A stretch of 64,000 nucleotides of DNA from a virus. Its lineage: Duplodnaviria > Caudoviricetes. The notes under the pieces were generated by a model, which saw nothing but the letters and a program-made list of their open reading frames with translations, searched no databases and was not told where the DNA came from. Location: positions 35,912 through 99,911 of IMG/VR virus record IMGVR_UViG_3300026311_000012; one strand, written 5' to 3'. The position numbers and the translations under genes were made by a program. Positions 39,440 to 49,938 of this stretch are shown here, in pieces; positions within the stretch are counted from its first letter, which is position 1; each line of letters starts with the position of its first letter.

Positions 39440-42400
39440 CTAATTTCTTGTAGGTCTATAAAATGTTGTAACATCATGGAGAGTAAACTTATAACTTTCC
39501 CCAGCAACCCCGGATAATGTCATATCACAAGTTATTACACTAGAATCTACAGAAATTAAAGTACTATCACAAGTTATACTTGCTCCTATTATGAATCCAT
39601 TATCTCTAATTATTTTTAATCTGAGATATGAATCAGTTAATCTATAGAAATCAGCAGTAGTATCATCTGGTAACAACCACACTCTCCATTTCCTAGCTAA
39701 GTTCTTCACTGTTTCAGCAAGAGCCGAATTTGTATCCAAGGCGTTTGTAAAGTTTATTGTTTTCGTGATGCTTTGATAACTGTTAGATGCCTCTACCGTC
39801 GTCATTGCCAAATGAGGCACCAAAGAGCCCGTAGAATCAGTTAAATCTATTCTGAGGTCTATTGTATCGTATTTGTCAATAAGTACGCCATTCGGGTTAA
39901 TAATCATGTCTACGAAGGAATCATATATCTCGCTATTGGTATACCCATAGAATTGTCCATAATTTCCAATATTATGTCTATATCCTCTAGCAACTGTAGA
40001 GCCTGGAGTAATTTCTATTGAATAAAAATGATCATTTACATGATACATTGCTTCAGGATAAAAACTATATCTAGAAACAAATGCATTAACGTATTCATTA
40101 AATACAATAGTATTAGATGTTGAACCATCTGTTATATAAAATAGTACTTCTTTATACTCTGGATCAAATCCTGTTCTTACTTGAGCTATATCATCATAAC
40201 TCTTCATAAGACTTCTTATTCCTAAAACCTCAGATATTGGAACATCTCCTTCAGCAGCAAGATTGTATATTATTTTGTCACTTCTATCTAAATAGTATAA
40301 AGCTTTATTTGAAACTATCAGATCAGTAGCTTTAGCTATTCCAGAGGAAGTTGTTATATAATCATATCTAGCTAAAATATCTCCAGTTCCAAGAGTTAAA
40401 GAAAGTCCTGTTGTATCTTGAATCAAAGACCTGTCATTTATAGCAATAAGCGATATTGCCTTATTTTGAAAAGCAAAAAATCTATTTCCAAAATTAACTA
40501 CCTTATTTATATCTCCATACTTACCATCTAATTCTATAGAGTTATTTACTCTAAGAGTGAGCCAGCTATCAGAATATTCATTATTTATTTTTTTATCACT
40601 AGCTATTATCTTAAATGGATTTTCTTCTATAGAAATACTATCAAACAATTTACATTGTAAAATAAGTCCATTTAATGAAGCAGAATAAGCTGAATTATAT
40701 CTATATAAATTACCAATATCAGAAGGATAACTAGAAGGCCATTTGGCTATTCCATCAGCCTGTCTTTCTTGAACATTTATGTGAGATGGATTATTAAAAT
40801 TATGAGCATATTCCATAAATGGATCTAATCTATAAAAATTATTTATAGAAGATTCACATGGAACAAGAACTATTTCCTCTACTATATAATCATCTACAGC
40901 ATTTGCTGTCGGAAACATTGACCTTAGATATGCAAAATATGTTATAAAGGTATCCCCATTATAACAAGTTAAATTATCTGTATCAATGGTTGTAAAATCA
41001 GAATAAGGAATTACTGTATTATATGACCTAGCCTCATATGTATATCCATTGTATTGCGTTTCAAAAACATTTCTAGTATATGAACCATACCCATACCCTA
41101 CTGCAGCCGCTGCTAAATTTAAATCAGCATCTAACTCAGCAATCAATGTAGTTCCTTTTTGACCGTGATATTCATTTCCGCTAAAAGTAAAAGTTATCCA
41201 ATTTTTATAAGTACGAGCCCCATATGAATGAGTAAGCACATCAGATTCATCGACAGTTTGGGTTTCTTCAATACCTGCATTAGCAACAGTTATATATACA
41301 TTATCTGTTGAATGTCTTGCTGTAGTATTAGTAGCTTTTAATATACCTAACACTGCGTTTCTAGATAAGGTGGCAGTGTATCTACCATCCACTCTTAACT
41401 TATCCCCAGTTCGAAAAGATAAAGTTCTGTTAAAATTTATTTCTGGTGATATAAATTCAATAAGCCTTTCACTATCAGCAATACTATCTTCAGCTTTAAT
41501 AAACATTTCTGAAGAACTACTATATGGACGGTATTCGTCAGCTAATGAATCATAACCTAATTTTGAAAATAAACCAGTAGCTAAAATAGATCTATCTGAA
41601 GAGGACCTCTCGCATCTAAATACTTGCCACCCAATTAAATCAGGATCAGTAGGAGTATTCAAGAGAGTCACTTTTGGATATAAATAAGAGGCGCTCCCAA
41701 CAATAGTACCCATTATATTATAGTCAGTATCATCATTTATAGAGGGCATTCTAAGATCACATATCCATTGAGGAGTAGTGTATTGCATCTTAGTATTATA
41801 AAATACAATGTACATTCTATATACTTCGCTTCTTTGAGATGATCTATGTGATGTATCAAAAGCAGTACCCTCTCTAAGAGTTAAATTAGCGCTATATAAA
41901 GATGCCCCATTATCAATAAACAATGTTTCTGTAACAAATTCAACCTTTACATTAGGTCCTTCTGCTCCCAATGTCACTCCGTCTTTTTGAAATATAAATT
42001 TTTGGGTGACGTCTGTATCATTATCTAAATTATTATATAGATTTATTCCATCATGGTTATAAGAATAATTTCCCCATTCCGCTAGACTATTTCCTATAGT
42101 AATACCACCAGATCCTCCAGTATCATAAACGATCGAAGAAATAACCGTTTCCCCAGCTGAAATATAACTATATTCAAATAAGGGATTTCCTGTACCGGTG
42201 GCAAAAAAAACAGCATCTATGATATAATCTGTTGCAGGATTATAAGAAGGTAAAAATATACCAAGAGGATCAGATATTTCTATAATAGGATGTACTTCAG
42301 TTCCCCCCAATAATACAGTAAGCCCTCCGGCAGGAGAAATATAACTTCTTGTTATACCACCTAAACTATATCTGAGAATAAGTCTATCTCCAAATACATT

Positions 42401-43732
42401 ATCTATTGTAGTAACCACTCTTCCTGCTGGTATTTCCCCCCATGCTGTAAAATCTGTAATGTGCAAATGAACAGTATTATTATCAGCACGAAAAGTATTC
42501 ATGTAATCTGAATTGGTCTGAGGAGATGTATCAGTAAAGTTTTTGGTCACATAAGCTGAACCAGTCGGGGAATTTGTATTATTTCTAAATCTTACCGCAC
42601 GACAATCAAAAAACGAAGAACCAGTTGGATCTAACCATATTGGATTCCATACATCTTCTTTTAGATTGGCGTAGAACATTATATTATTTTTCGAAGCAAG
42701 TGATCCAGCGGAATAGTTAATTTGACCTTGAAGTCGAAACTCAGCTATTTCTATTGTACCATAATCATTTATGCCAGAATCTATAATTGTAATATTATCA
42801 GTATTGTATTCATATTCCCCAACAATCTTAACTATTGGAGATAACCCATATTGAGTATAATGTAAAGCTACAATTCTAATTCTATCGAAGTTTTGATCTA
42901 AGTCAGTAATTAAGATTTCAACAGAATTCCCAGTATTGACATTAATATCATTACCTGTTATATTTCTTGTATTTGAACCAAAATTTTCAGATGATAAATT
43001 TACATAATTAGATAAAGGAGAGAATGCTGATTTGGTTCCGTTCTTAATATATAATTGATATGCGTGCTGAACTATACCCGAAGTATATGCTCCTCCAGGT
43101 CTTGCTGTAGTTGTTGGCGATGATAGAGTTACATCAGGATTTATTTCAAATACATTTGCTGAAGAAATACTACCACCTCCTAGCACTAATGTCTCTGCAG
43201 AAGATATATTCAAATACCGTATAGGATTGAGACCATCTACCCAATACACTTTTTTTATTAACGCTGATTCATATCTAGATTCAGCTTCTATCCTATAGTC
43301 TTCTGAAAAGTTTAAATCAGTACCTCTATATAAATACCCAGCTTTATATGCTGTTGTACCAGCTCCTACTACTTGATACACTTGATCTAAATTAATAGGA
43401 GTAGAACTAGTGTCTATTCTATCTGCATCAACTTCTAATAAATATATAGAATCTGTTCCTGAATCATTTGTTGCAAAAAATATAACAGAATCTTTAGTTG
43501 TATCATTATACGTATTTCTTATAGGACATACTCCTATAATTATATCTTCAAGAGCAAAAGCAAGTTTTAATGATGTCCCAGGAACATTTGTCATAGCTCC
43601 TGCAGTAAGAGGATCATTAGTAATAAGACGCATATTTAATGCATCATAATAAGTATGTTCTGAATACTTATTAACAGATGTATCTCTATCTATTCCTTTT
43701 GAAAAAGAATTTATTGCTCTCTGTGATCTCAT
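39440..43732 (-). CDS. Tail muzzle/stabilisation protein (crAss-like)
   Basis: 1430 aa, beta-rich; NSFSKGIDRD, YYDALNMR, KVYWVDGLNPIR, GDTFIT; position after ring genes. Confidence 0.8.
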   Translation of the reverse strand: MRSQRAINSFSKGIDRDTSVNKYSEHTYYDALNMRLITNDPLTAGAMTNVPGTSLKLAFALEDIIIGVCPIRNTYNDTTKDSVIFFATNDSGTDSIYLLEVDADRIDTSSTPINLDQVYQVVGAGTTAYKAGYLYRGTDLNFSEDYRIEAESRYESALIKKVYWVDGLNPIRYLNISSAETLVLGGGSISSANVFEINPDVTLSSPTTTARPGGAYTSGIVQHAYQLYIKNGTKSAFSPLSNYVNLSSENFGSNTRNITGNDINVNTGNSVEILITDLDQNFDRIRIVALHYTQYGLSPIVKIVGEYEYNTDNITIIDSGINDYGTIEIAEFRLQGQINYSAGSLASKNNIMFYANLKEDVWNPIWLDPTGSSFFDCRAVRFRNNTNSPTGSAYVTKNFTDTSPQTNSDYMNTFRADNNTVHLHITDFTAWGEIPAGRVVTTIDNVFGDRLILRYSLGGITRSYISPAGGLTVLLGGTEVHPIIEISDPLGIFLPSYNPATDYIIDAVFFATGTGNPLFEYSYISAGETVISSIVYDTGGSGGITIGNSLAEWGNYSYNHDGINLYNNLDNDTDVTQKFIFQKDGVTLGAEGPNVKVEFVTETLFIDNGASLYSANLTLREGTAFDTSHRSSQRSEVYRMYIVFYNTKMQYTTPQWICDLRMPSINDDTDYNIMGTIVGSASYLYPKVTLLNTPTDPDLIGWQVFRCERSSSDRSILATGLFSKLGYDSLADEYRPYSSSSEMFIKAEDSIADSERLIEFISPEINFNRTLSFRTGDKLRVDGRYTATLSRNAVLGILKATNTTARHSTDNVYITVANAGIEETQTVDESDVLTHSYGARTYKNWITFTFSGNEYHGQKGTTLIAELDADLNLAAAAVGYGYGSYTRNVFETQYNGYTYEARSYNTVIPYSDFTTIDTDNLTCYNGDTFITYFAYLRSMFPTANAVDDYIVEEIVLVPCESSINNFYRLDPFMEYAHNFNNPSHINVQERQADGIAKWPSSYPSDIGNLYRYNSAYSASLNGLILQCKLFDSISIEENPFKIIASDKKINNEYSDSWLTLRVNNSIELDGKYGDINKVVNFGNRFFAFQNKAISLIAINDRSLIQDTTGLSLTLGTGDILARYDYITTSSGIAKATDLIVSNKALYYLDRSDKIIYNLAAEGDVPISEVLGIRSLMKSYDDIAQVRTGFDPEYKEVLFYITDGSTSNTIVFNEYVNAFVSRYSFYPEAMYHVNDHFYSIEITPGSTVARGYRHNIGNYGQFYGYTNSEIYDSFVDMIINPNGVLIDKYDTIDLRIDLTDSTGSLVPHLAMTTVEASNSYQSITKTINFTNALDTNSALAETVKNLARKWRVWLLPDDTTADFYRLTDSYLRLKIIRDNGFIIGASITCDSTLISVDSSVITCDMTLSGVAGESYKFTLHDVTTFYRPTRN

Positions 43733-44655
43733 TAGAATTTCCTTTGCTCAATAATGTCAGTATTTTTAAACCCTTGCTTATGCTCATTTAATTTAACAAT
43801 GGATCTCAATATCATATTCTTTATGGATTCCATCATGTCTAGCGAAGGCATTTTTGATTTTGATCTTGCAGAGGCTACGTACCATGTAGCTTCTCTGTCA
43901 GACTCCCTATAAAAACGCTCATCTTGGGCATTTCTAGACAGTCTCCAGCGTTTATAATCTATTCTTGATGTTAGATACCACTCAACTGCTTTTATGTACC
44001 TTATATCGTCTGGAATCATAGGCATTCCAAATTCATCAAGAGGATAAGCTTTATAAGACATTTCTACAAACCCATACTTAAAGTTTGTATACATATGACC
44101 ATTATTGAGTTTATATTTAGGAATAAAATTGCTACCAATAAAATTAGAACTTGTAGCTCTTAAATTAGCTCTACGAACATCATCTACTATATCTTGTAAA
44201 CTTTCCCCTGCGTCACCTAAATCTCCATCATCTATTTGTTCTTCGGCTAAGTCAAGTCGTTGTTCTATTGAAGTAGGTGCTATCGAACCTGCTAGATTAA
44301 ACACATTTGTATTCTGCTCTTCTAGTACAGTTGGAGAATACGGAAACAAATCTTGAGATTCATGCATTGCTGTAAAGCCTACAATCTCGTCATTCCCATT
44401 TAAATGAACTAACCTACATGGACCAGATATAGCAAGATCTGCAGGGAGCTCTCCTTTATAGTTATCAATGACAATAGGAATAGGATTATCCCCATTCCCA
44501 TTAGTAGTTTTATCGAAATACACATTTGGTACTCCGATTAACCGCAAAAGATCAATCACATCTTCAGCAGCATCTTGCCATGGAATTACTTCATATTCTG
44601 TAGCCCTATATACTCTTTCAATAATAGAACTTAAACTTATAAACTTGCCGTTCAT
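43732..44655 (-). CDS. Tail ring/tubular protein
   Basis: Synteny; YKAYPLDEFGMPMIPDD..YIKAVEWY. Confidence 0.7.
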   Translation of the reverse strand: MNGKFISLSSIIERVYRATEYEVIPWQDAAEDVIDLLRLIGVPNVYFDKTTNGNGDNPIPIVIDNYKGELPADLAISGPCRLVHLNGNDEIVGFTAMHESQDLFPYSPTVLEEQNTNVFNLAGSIAPTSIEQRLDLAEEQIDDGDLGDAGESLQDIVDDVRRANLRATSSNFIGSNFIPKYKLNNGHMYTNFKYGFVEMSYKAYPLDEFGMPMIPDDIRYIKAVEWYLTSRIDYKRWRLSRNAQDERFYRESDREATWYVASARSKSKMPSLDMMESIKNMILRSIVKLNEHKQGFKNTDIIEQRKF

Positions 44656-45212
44656 GTTTTATAATTATGATATGTATTACGTTTTTGTTTAGCAAGATAG
44701 TAATCATTTTGTCTATCTTCCGATTTTATATGAGCTGCTAAATCTAATCTATTTTGTTTTGTAGGTTTAAATCTATATGCCCTTACATTTTTAAACTTAA
44801 TTTTATGTCTTTCCCAGTGCCATTTCATTATATATCCGTTACTATGATCATTAGTTTGATATATTAATGTTTTACCAGGTAATTTTTTTATTTCTTTATT
44901 AGTTAACCCTTTATATTCTTCATTCCAAATTTTCCAACTCGTTCCCCAATCTGGAACCATTTTACTCTTTTGTAGTTTGCCATCCTTTATTCGTATCTTT
45001 AGTTCATTTTTTCTAATCCCTAAATATCCTAATCCATATGGCATTTTAAATTCAAGTGATTCTTTTATAATTTTTTCTGAAATTTTTTTGTTTAATCTGT
45101 GGCATATATCAACATATTCTTTTCTTGTAATTCCTGGGACACCTTTTTTCTTCTTATATTGTTTATAAGCATCCCAAAGCCCCATTGTTATTTTAATTGA
45201 ATGTTTCTTCAT
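44652..45212 (-). CDS. Basic IHF/HU-like protein of the crAss tail block
   Basis: Very basic; FKMPYGLGYLGIRK, YRFKPT; position between ring genes. Confidence 0.6.
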   Translation of the reverse strand: MKKHSIKITMGLWDAYKQYKKKKGVPGITRKEYVDICHRLNKKISEKIIKESLEFKMPYGLGYLGIRKNELKIRIKDGKLQKSKMVPDWGTSWKIWNEEYKGLTNKEIKKLPGKTLIYQTNDHSNGYIMKWHWERHKIKFKNVRAYRFKPTKQNRLDLAAHIKSEDRQNDYYLAKQKRNTYHNYKT

Positions 45213-45874
45213 TCTATTAGCCCACTAGAATCATTTTTTTCATCCGATCTTGTTTCAAGAATATTTCTGATATCCGTTTTAATAATATCATTTTTCATAT
45301 ATTCAATCATATGAAGATTTACTGGATAATCGTCAGTAGTTTCATCAAACGTGGATACTTCTGTAGGATCAGCAAATATAGCAGTAAGAATTAAATACTT
45401 CAAAGGCTTTTCTATTTCAGAGTTAGATTTTACATAAAACCTATTATCATAAAAAGCTGCAAATAACATATGCTTATTTACCACACCATTCCCACACCAA
45501 CGCAATCTATCGAAAGGAACATACTGTATAGTCTTAGAAAGAATATCAGGAAGAGATATTTCATAGACAGCAGGACCAATTCTATACTCTATCATTTTAG
45601 GTACTTCAGCTGTTCTTAAAATGAGGTTACCAAGAGATAGAGCGTCCGTACCAGTTCTCTCTAATGATGAATCATATGCACTTAATGTAAGATATTCTGT
45701 TTGTAGTGTATTAAGCTCTACAAATTGTCTATCATTTAAATGAGTCTTTATAAATGTAGCACGCTTTAACATAATAAAATCCCTCAATAAACGAGGGTCA
45801 ATTCTTTCATCGTTAATCACATGTGCATTTCTGGCTTCTTCTATAAGAAGATCTGCTATATCCTTTAGTAACAT
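45209..45874 (-). CDS. Tail ring/tubular protein
   Basis: Synteny; AIFADPTEV...DYPV...ND. Confidence 0.65.
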   Translation of the reverse strand: MLLKDIADLLIEEARNAHVINDERIDPRLLRDFIMLKRATFIKTHLNDRQFVELNTLQTEYLTLSAYDSSLERTGTDALSLGNLILRTAEVPKMIEYRIGPAVYEISLPDILSKTIQYVPFDRLRWCGNGVVNKHMLFAAFYDNRFYVKSNSEIEKPLKYLILTAIFADPTEVSTFDETTDDYPVNLHMIEYMKNDIIKTDIRNILETRSDEKNDSSGLIE

Positions 45875-45886
45875 CTTTATTTAATT

Positions 45887-46414
45887 TCAACTATTTATCT
45901 GAAAATGAAAACAACGAGAATAATAAAACCCATATCTCGATTTATTTTTATTTTTAATTGCCGAATTTATTGCGGACACACAACAATTATTATCCCTAGC
46001 TGCTTCACTTTGACTACCATAACTTTTAATAAATACTCCATTTTCATCGAACTTATGTACCTCTATACTATGGTTATGATTATATCCAAATTTACCTTTC
46101 CAAGTAGGAGGAGGAGGTGTTAGCCCAGTTTGAATTGCATGTTTCATATTTTGACTCCCAGTACACCATTCTAAATTACTAGCATTATTATTTAACTTAT
46201 TCCCATCTATATGATTTACTTGTAAAAGATCACTATTTGAAACATAATGAAACTTCTTTGCCACAATACGATGTATTGGAAATTGTTTGGACATGCCGTT
46301 TATTCTTAATACTACATGTAGGTAACCATTTGTGCCTAAGCCAGGTTTTAAAAATCTATTAGTCTTATTACTCCAAATTCTACCATCTTTATGTATTATA
46401 TAATCACTATTCAT
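45887..46414 (-). CDS. Free-standing HNH homing endonuclease with NUMOD1-like C-terminus
   Basis: IHRIVA, VNHIDGNKLNNNASNLEWCT..N..H, SQSEAAR. Confidence 0.92.
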   Translation of the reverse strand: MNSDYIIHKDGRIWSNKTNRFLKPGLGTNGYLHVVLRINGMSKQFPIHRIVAKKFHYVSNSDLLQVNHIDGNKLNNNASNLEWCTGSQNMKHAIQTGLTPPPPTWKGKFGYNHNHSIEVHKFDENGVFIKSYGSQSEAARDNNCCVSAINSAIKNKNKSRYGFYYSRCFHFQINS

Positions 46415-46430
46415 AACTATTTAATATTTA

Positions 46431-46841
46431 CTAAACTAGCTGGAAATGGGGTATGTCAAAAAATTTAGTATCATTTATATCACGGTCATTATCCCAATCA
46501 ATCCCTGATATAATATCATGTTTAATAAGACCTTCATCATATAACCTTTTTGCTACACCTTGAGCAAATCCTGCAAAAAATATCATTTGATCTCTACCCC
46601 AATCTAATTTTCCCTCCCATGGAGCTAGATCAACGGCCATAGAAGGATAAGAATTATGCTTGCTATTGGGGAACTTAACTTTGGAATAACCATCAGCATA
46701 AGCCTTATCCTGTTCTTCTTGGCCTCGATGCCCACATACTACAGTAAAATCATAGTACTTTATTAATTCATTACAAAATATAATTAAGTCCTCATGACAT
46801 GTAGATAATCTATCCAATGATGTTTTACTTAGTTTGGGCAT
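46431..46841 (-). CDS. M15-family L-Ala-D-Glu peptidase endolysin
   Basis: GHR...Q, SKH....AVD, DIPHFQL. Confidence 0.9.
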   Translation of the reverse strand: MPKLSKTSLDRLSTCHEDLIIFCNELIKYYDFTVVCGHRGQEEQDKAYADGYSKVKFPNSKHNSYPSMAVDLAPWEGKLDWGRDQMIFFAGFAQGVAKRLYDEGLIKHDIISGIDWDNDRDINDTKFFDIPHFQLV

Positions 46842-46850
46842 ATTAGTAAA

Positions 46851-47015
46851 TTATTCAGGTTTATCTTCTTCTTTTAATTCAACAGATTGTTCATCATATT
46901 GTCTTTTAATCACTTCCATTACTGGGACAGACACCTTAGCAGGGAGTTCCAATAAAGCTTGATAAATTATATTAAGATGAGCTTCTGTTAATTTTAAACT
47001 AAATATCTTATCCAT
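46851..47015 (-). CDS. Small hypothetical protein (start moved to MDKIF)
   Basis: ALLELPAKVS..V...I..Q; the start follows the upstream stop by 2 nt. Confidence 0.7.
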   Translation of the reverse strand: MDKIFSLKLTEAHLNIIYQALLELPAKVSVPVMEVIKRQYDEQSVELKEEDKPE

Positions 47016-47017
47016 AT

Positions 47018-47917
47018 TTAAAATGTTATTTTTACACCAGGTGCAATAAACCAATTCTCTTTAAAAGTCTTGTATTTATTAATATCATAACCTACTCCAA
47101 GATTGAATGTAAAAGAATTAAATAACTGGAGTGCAGATACATCCACCATAAGAGACATAAACTGCTGAGTAATATCTTCTGTTATAGGAAATAGTACATA
47201 TCCACCAAAACCATAGTTATTGAAAACTTCACCTTCGTTATTAATAAAATGAGAAAAAGTTATACCAAAACCAGAGCGTGAAAATGGTTCTGTAACAAAT
47301 TTACCATCAGCTACAGAAAAATTAGTTTTAGCTCCAAGAACAGTAGCTCCAAATCTCATAATTAATGCACCATTGTCATTAACTGAAATTGTGTCAGAGC
47401 CTGCTCTAAGTTGTTTAGCAATCTGCTTAGTCTTAATAGTTTCAACAGTTACAGGTTGAAATAAACTTTTAAAAGCAGGTTGAGCAGATGCTGTCAAAGC
47501 CATGCTAGAAAGCAACACCCCAAGAATAAGCATCTTAGTTGCTTTACCACTCTTCTTTTTAGGTTCTTTAATAGCTTCTTTCTTTTCACTTTCAGGAGCA
47601 ACAGCTTTTAATTGAGCTTCATGCTTCATCCTAACAGCTTTCATCTTAGGAGATTCAGTTGCTTTCTTCTTAGCAAGACTAAAAAGAAAATTAACAACTT
47701 TACGCCAAATAGATCCTTCAGGAATCTTATCACTTTCTCCAATCCATTCGGAAAGAAAATACATAATTACTAAAATTAAAGTCCAAAGATTGGTCTTTAA
47801 AAATTCCATAAACGATTCCCCAAAGTCATAAGTAACTACTGCTGTAGAATCAGTTGTCTGACCGAATGTAAACAGGGCAATTACAAATAACACAAACATT
47901 GCAAAATACTTCTTCAT
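47018..47917 (-). CDS. Membrane protein: signal peptide, holin-like TM, second internal signal, beta-barrel-like C-terminus
   Basis: MKKYFAMFVLFVIALFTFG|Q; WTLILVIMYFLSEWIG; KATKMLILGVLLSSMALTASA|Q; amphipathic strands ending GVKITF. Confidence 0.7.
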   Translation of the reverse strand: MKKYFAMFVLFVIALFTFGQTTDSTAVVTYDFGESFMEFLKTNLWTLILVIMYFLSEWIGESDKIPEGSIWRKVVNFLFSLAKKKATESPKMKAVRMKHEAQLKAVAPESEKKEAIKEPKKKSGKATKMLILGVLLSSMALTASAQPAFKSLFQPVTVETIKTKQIAKQLRAGSDTISVNDNGALIMRFGATVLGAKTNFSVADGKFVTEPFSRSGFGITFSHFINNEGEVFNNYGFGGYVLFPITEDITQQFMSLMVDVSALQLFNSFTFNLGVGYDINKYKTFKENWFIAPGVKITF

Positions 47918-48792
47918 TTTTTTTGTTTTTGATTATTATTATTATTAATAGATTCTCCTTCTACTATATAGAAAGTCCAAAAATCCATACACAAAGTTCT
48001 ATCTAATACAAATTCCCAAGGAACATGACATGTACCACACATTCCCCATCCTGATCCCCAAGAGTTTAATTCTATAGTACCATCTTTATCATAATCAAAT
48101 ATAACCATACAGTGACCTCCATGAAGGGTTTCTTTTTCTTTATTGGGAATAGGAACAATTCCTGACTCAGCCACTTCTTCTGACATGAAACTATCATATA
48201 TAAGTTTACCATATACAACAGGGTATCCTCTAGATACTGCATCTTTTATAGCTTCTTTTGTATGAGGCAACCTTTCATATCTTATAGACTGATGATCGAG
48301 TGCTTCTTTAAAAGCCTCGTCAGAAGGCTTAATTGCAAATTTCTTTATGCAATAAGGAATTGTTTTTTCACTACATAATCCAAATTTATTAATAGCCTTA
48401 AAAGCATCTCTTATAGATGCCCCGGTATCATTGTCTTTATCTTCTCTTGCTATATAATATGCAAATAATCTTGATGCTAAAAAGTCAGACTGATTGTTTG
48501 TTTTAAGAACATATCTGTATGCTTCTACAACACCATGTCCTACACAACTACCTAAAGCTCCTTGATTATATCTTGTTCTAAACTTTTTAATATTTCTTTT
48601 ATTAGTAGATTCAGGTAATCCTTTATATCTTCTAACTCTATATACAATATCTCTAGGATCTTCCTTATCCTTAATAGCTCCTAATGCATATGGAGTTGTT
48701 TTTTTACGCATAAAATACTTCTTAATAAATTTGTACAAAGATACGAAATTTATTTTAATTGTCAAAGCCTTTATTCTATCTTTTATATTCAT
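47914..48792 (-). CDS. Papain-family (C1) cysteine peptidase
   Basis: QGALGSCVGH, GGHCM, NSWG..WG..G. Confidence 0.92.
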   Translation of the reverse strand: MNIKDRIKALTIKINFVSLYKFIKKYFMRKKTTPYALGAIKDKEDPRDIVYRVRRYKGLPESTNKRNIKKFRTRYNQGALGSCVGHGVVEAYRYVLKTNNQSDFLASRLFAYYIAREDKDNDTGASIRDAFKAINKFGLCSEKTIPYCIKKFAIKPSDEAFKEALDHQSIRYERLPHTKEAIKDAVSRGYPVVYGKLIYDSFMSEEVAESGIVPIPNKEKETLHGGHCMVIFDYDKDGTIELNSWGSGWGMCGTCHVPWEFVLDRTLCMDFWTFYIVEGESINNNNNQKQKK

Positions 48793-48793
48793 C

Positions 48794-49936
48794 TTAAATA
48801 TTATTATATGTCGGAAGAGTTGTTGTAAGGGTTCCTATTGTTACCCAGTTGGCCCCACTATCAAAAGATACTTGAACAAATACCGAACAAGTACCATCAT
48901 CCACTATGGTCTCTGTTATCTCTACGTCGGTATTCGTAAAGTTAGCAGAACTACCTGCATTGATATGAATTTCTGACCCCAATAAAAAATCTTGTTGCCA
49001 TGTAAGGCTGGTGTCTTCAAATCTTAATCTTACTGCACAACCAAGAGCTGTTGTCATCAGGTTATTTATATCAAAGTCATAGTCAACTCTCATATGTAAC
49101 CAACCACCACCTAGATCATATGATGTAATACTATTCAATGTAGTTGTGAAAGTATCTTCAATATCTTCTGCCTCTCCCCATTTTCGGTAAGATATTATTT
49201 CGACTCCCCCTTCACATACTGCCAAAGGTGTTACATCATCGCTATCCATATATACTGGGCGAAAACATAAAGTATAATTATTTCCAATGGTTTCTCCATT
49301 TGCCCCTAACGTATATAATAAAGTAGCACTCTCTCCAGATGGTTCACTTAAATCAATATAGTCAGTAGTGTAAACTAAAGAATATGCACCAGCATTTACG
49401 CTTCTCCACACTTGTACTTTTACTCTAGACCAATATGTTTCATCTTCTACATTAGAAGATAATATAGGACAAAGTTTACCTCGCTGCAATCCACCTTTAA
49501 TCTCCATGTTTCCATATATCACGTATGTTGATTGATGAGGCTCTGCCCAATAAACGGGTTTTGTATTTTCATTATGATTATACCCAGCAAAATCCCCAAT
49601 CTTCCCAAATGCTGGAGCAGTATATGTAAAAGTAGGATTATCTGTACAGACTGACGGAAGAGCTACATCATATGCAGTTTGACCAGGTTTATATCTTGCC
49701 CACGCATTTATTTTACCAGATTCCCCACCAGTTACAAAAGTACCAGTTAAATTACATAGATCATATAATTCATCTGTAGAAGCTACTAAAACTGTTTTAA
49801 TATCCCCAGTTATGGATATATTAGCACAATCCAAGTAACCGGCTCCTATTGTTATACTAGCCTGTTCTGGAATATCAGCATCTGTTTTTAAATCAGAAGG
49901 CTGCCAGAATGTTGTGTATCTTCTTTTTGCTCCCAT
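48794..49936 (-). CDS. Putative tail/fibre-associated structural protein
   Basis: INAWARYKP, GDFAGYNH; beta-rich; downstream of fibre gene. Confidence 0.6.
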   Translation of the reverse strand: MGAKRRYTTFWQPSDLKTDADIPEQASITIGAGYLDCANISITGDIKTVLVASTDELYDLCNLTGTFVTGGESGKINAWARYKPGQTAYDVALPSVCTDNPTFTYTAPAFGKIGDFAGYNHNENTKPVYWAEPHQSTYVIYGNMEIKGGLQRGKLCPILSSNVEDETYWSRVKVQVWRSVNAGAYSLVYTTDYIDLSEPSGESATLLYTLGANGETIGNNYTLCFRPVYMDSDDVTPLAVCEGGVEIISYRKWGEAEDIEDTFTTTLNSITSYDLGGGWLHMRVDYDFDINNLMTTALGCAVRLRFEDTSLTWQQDFLLGSEIHINAGSSANFTNTDVEITETIVDDGTCSVFVQVSFDSGANWVTIGTLTTTLPTYNNI

Positions 49937-49938
49937 TC

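Noticed and set aside
17597-44692. Short + strand and off-frame ORFs inside large late genes
   Set aside because: They overlap long motif-bearing CDSs and have the Ser/Phe/Ile-rich composition of antisense translations.
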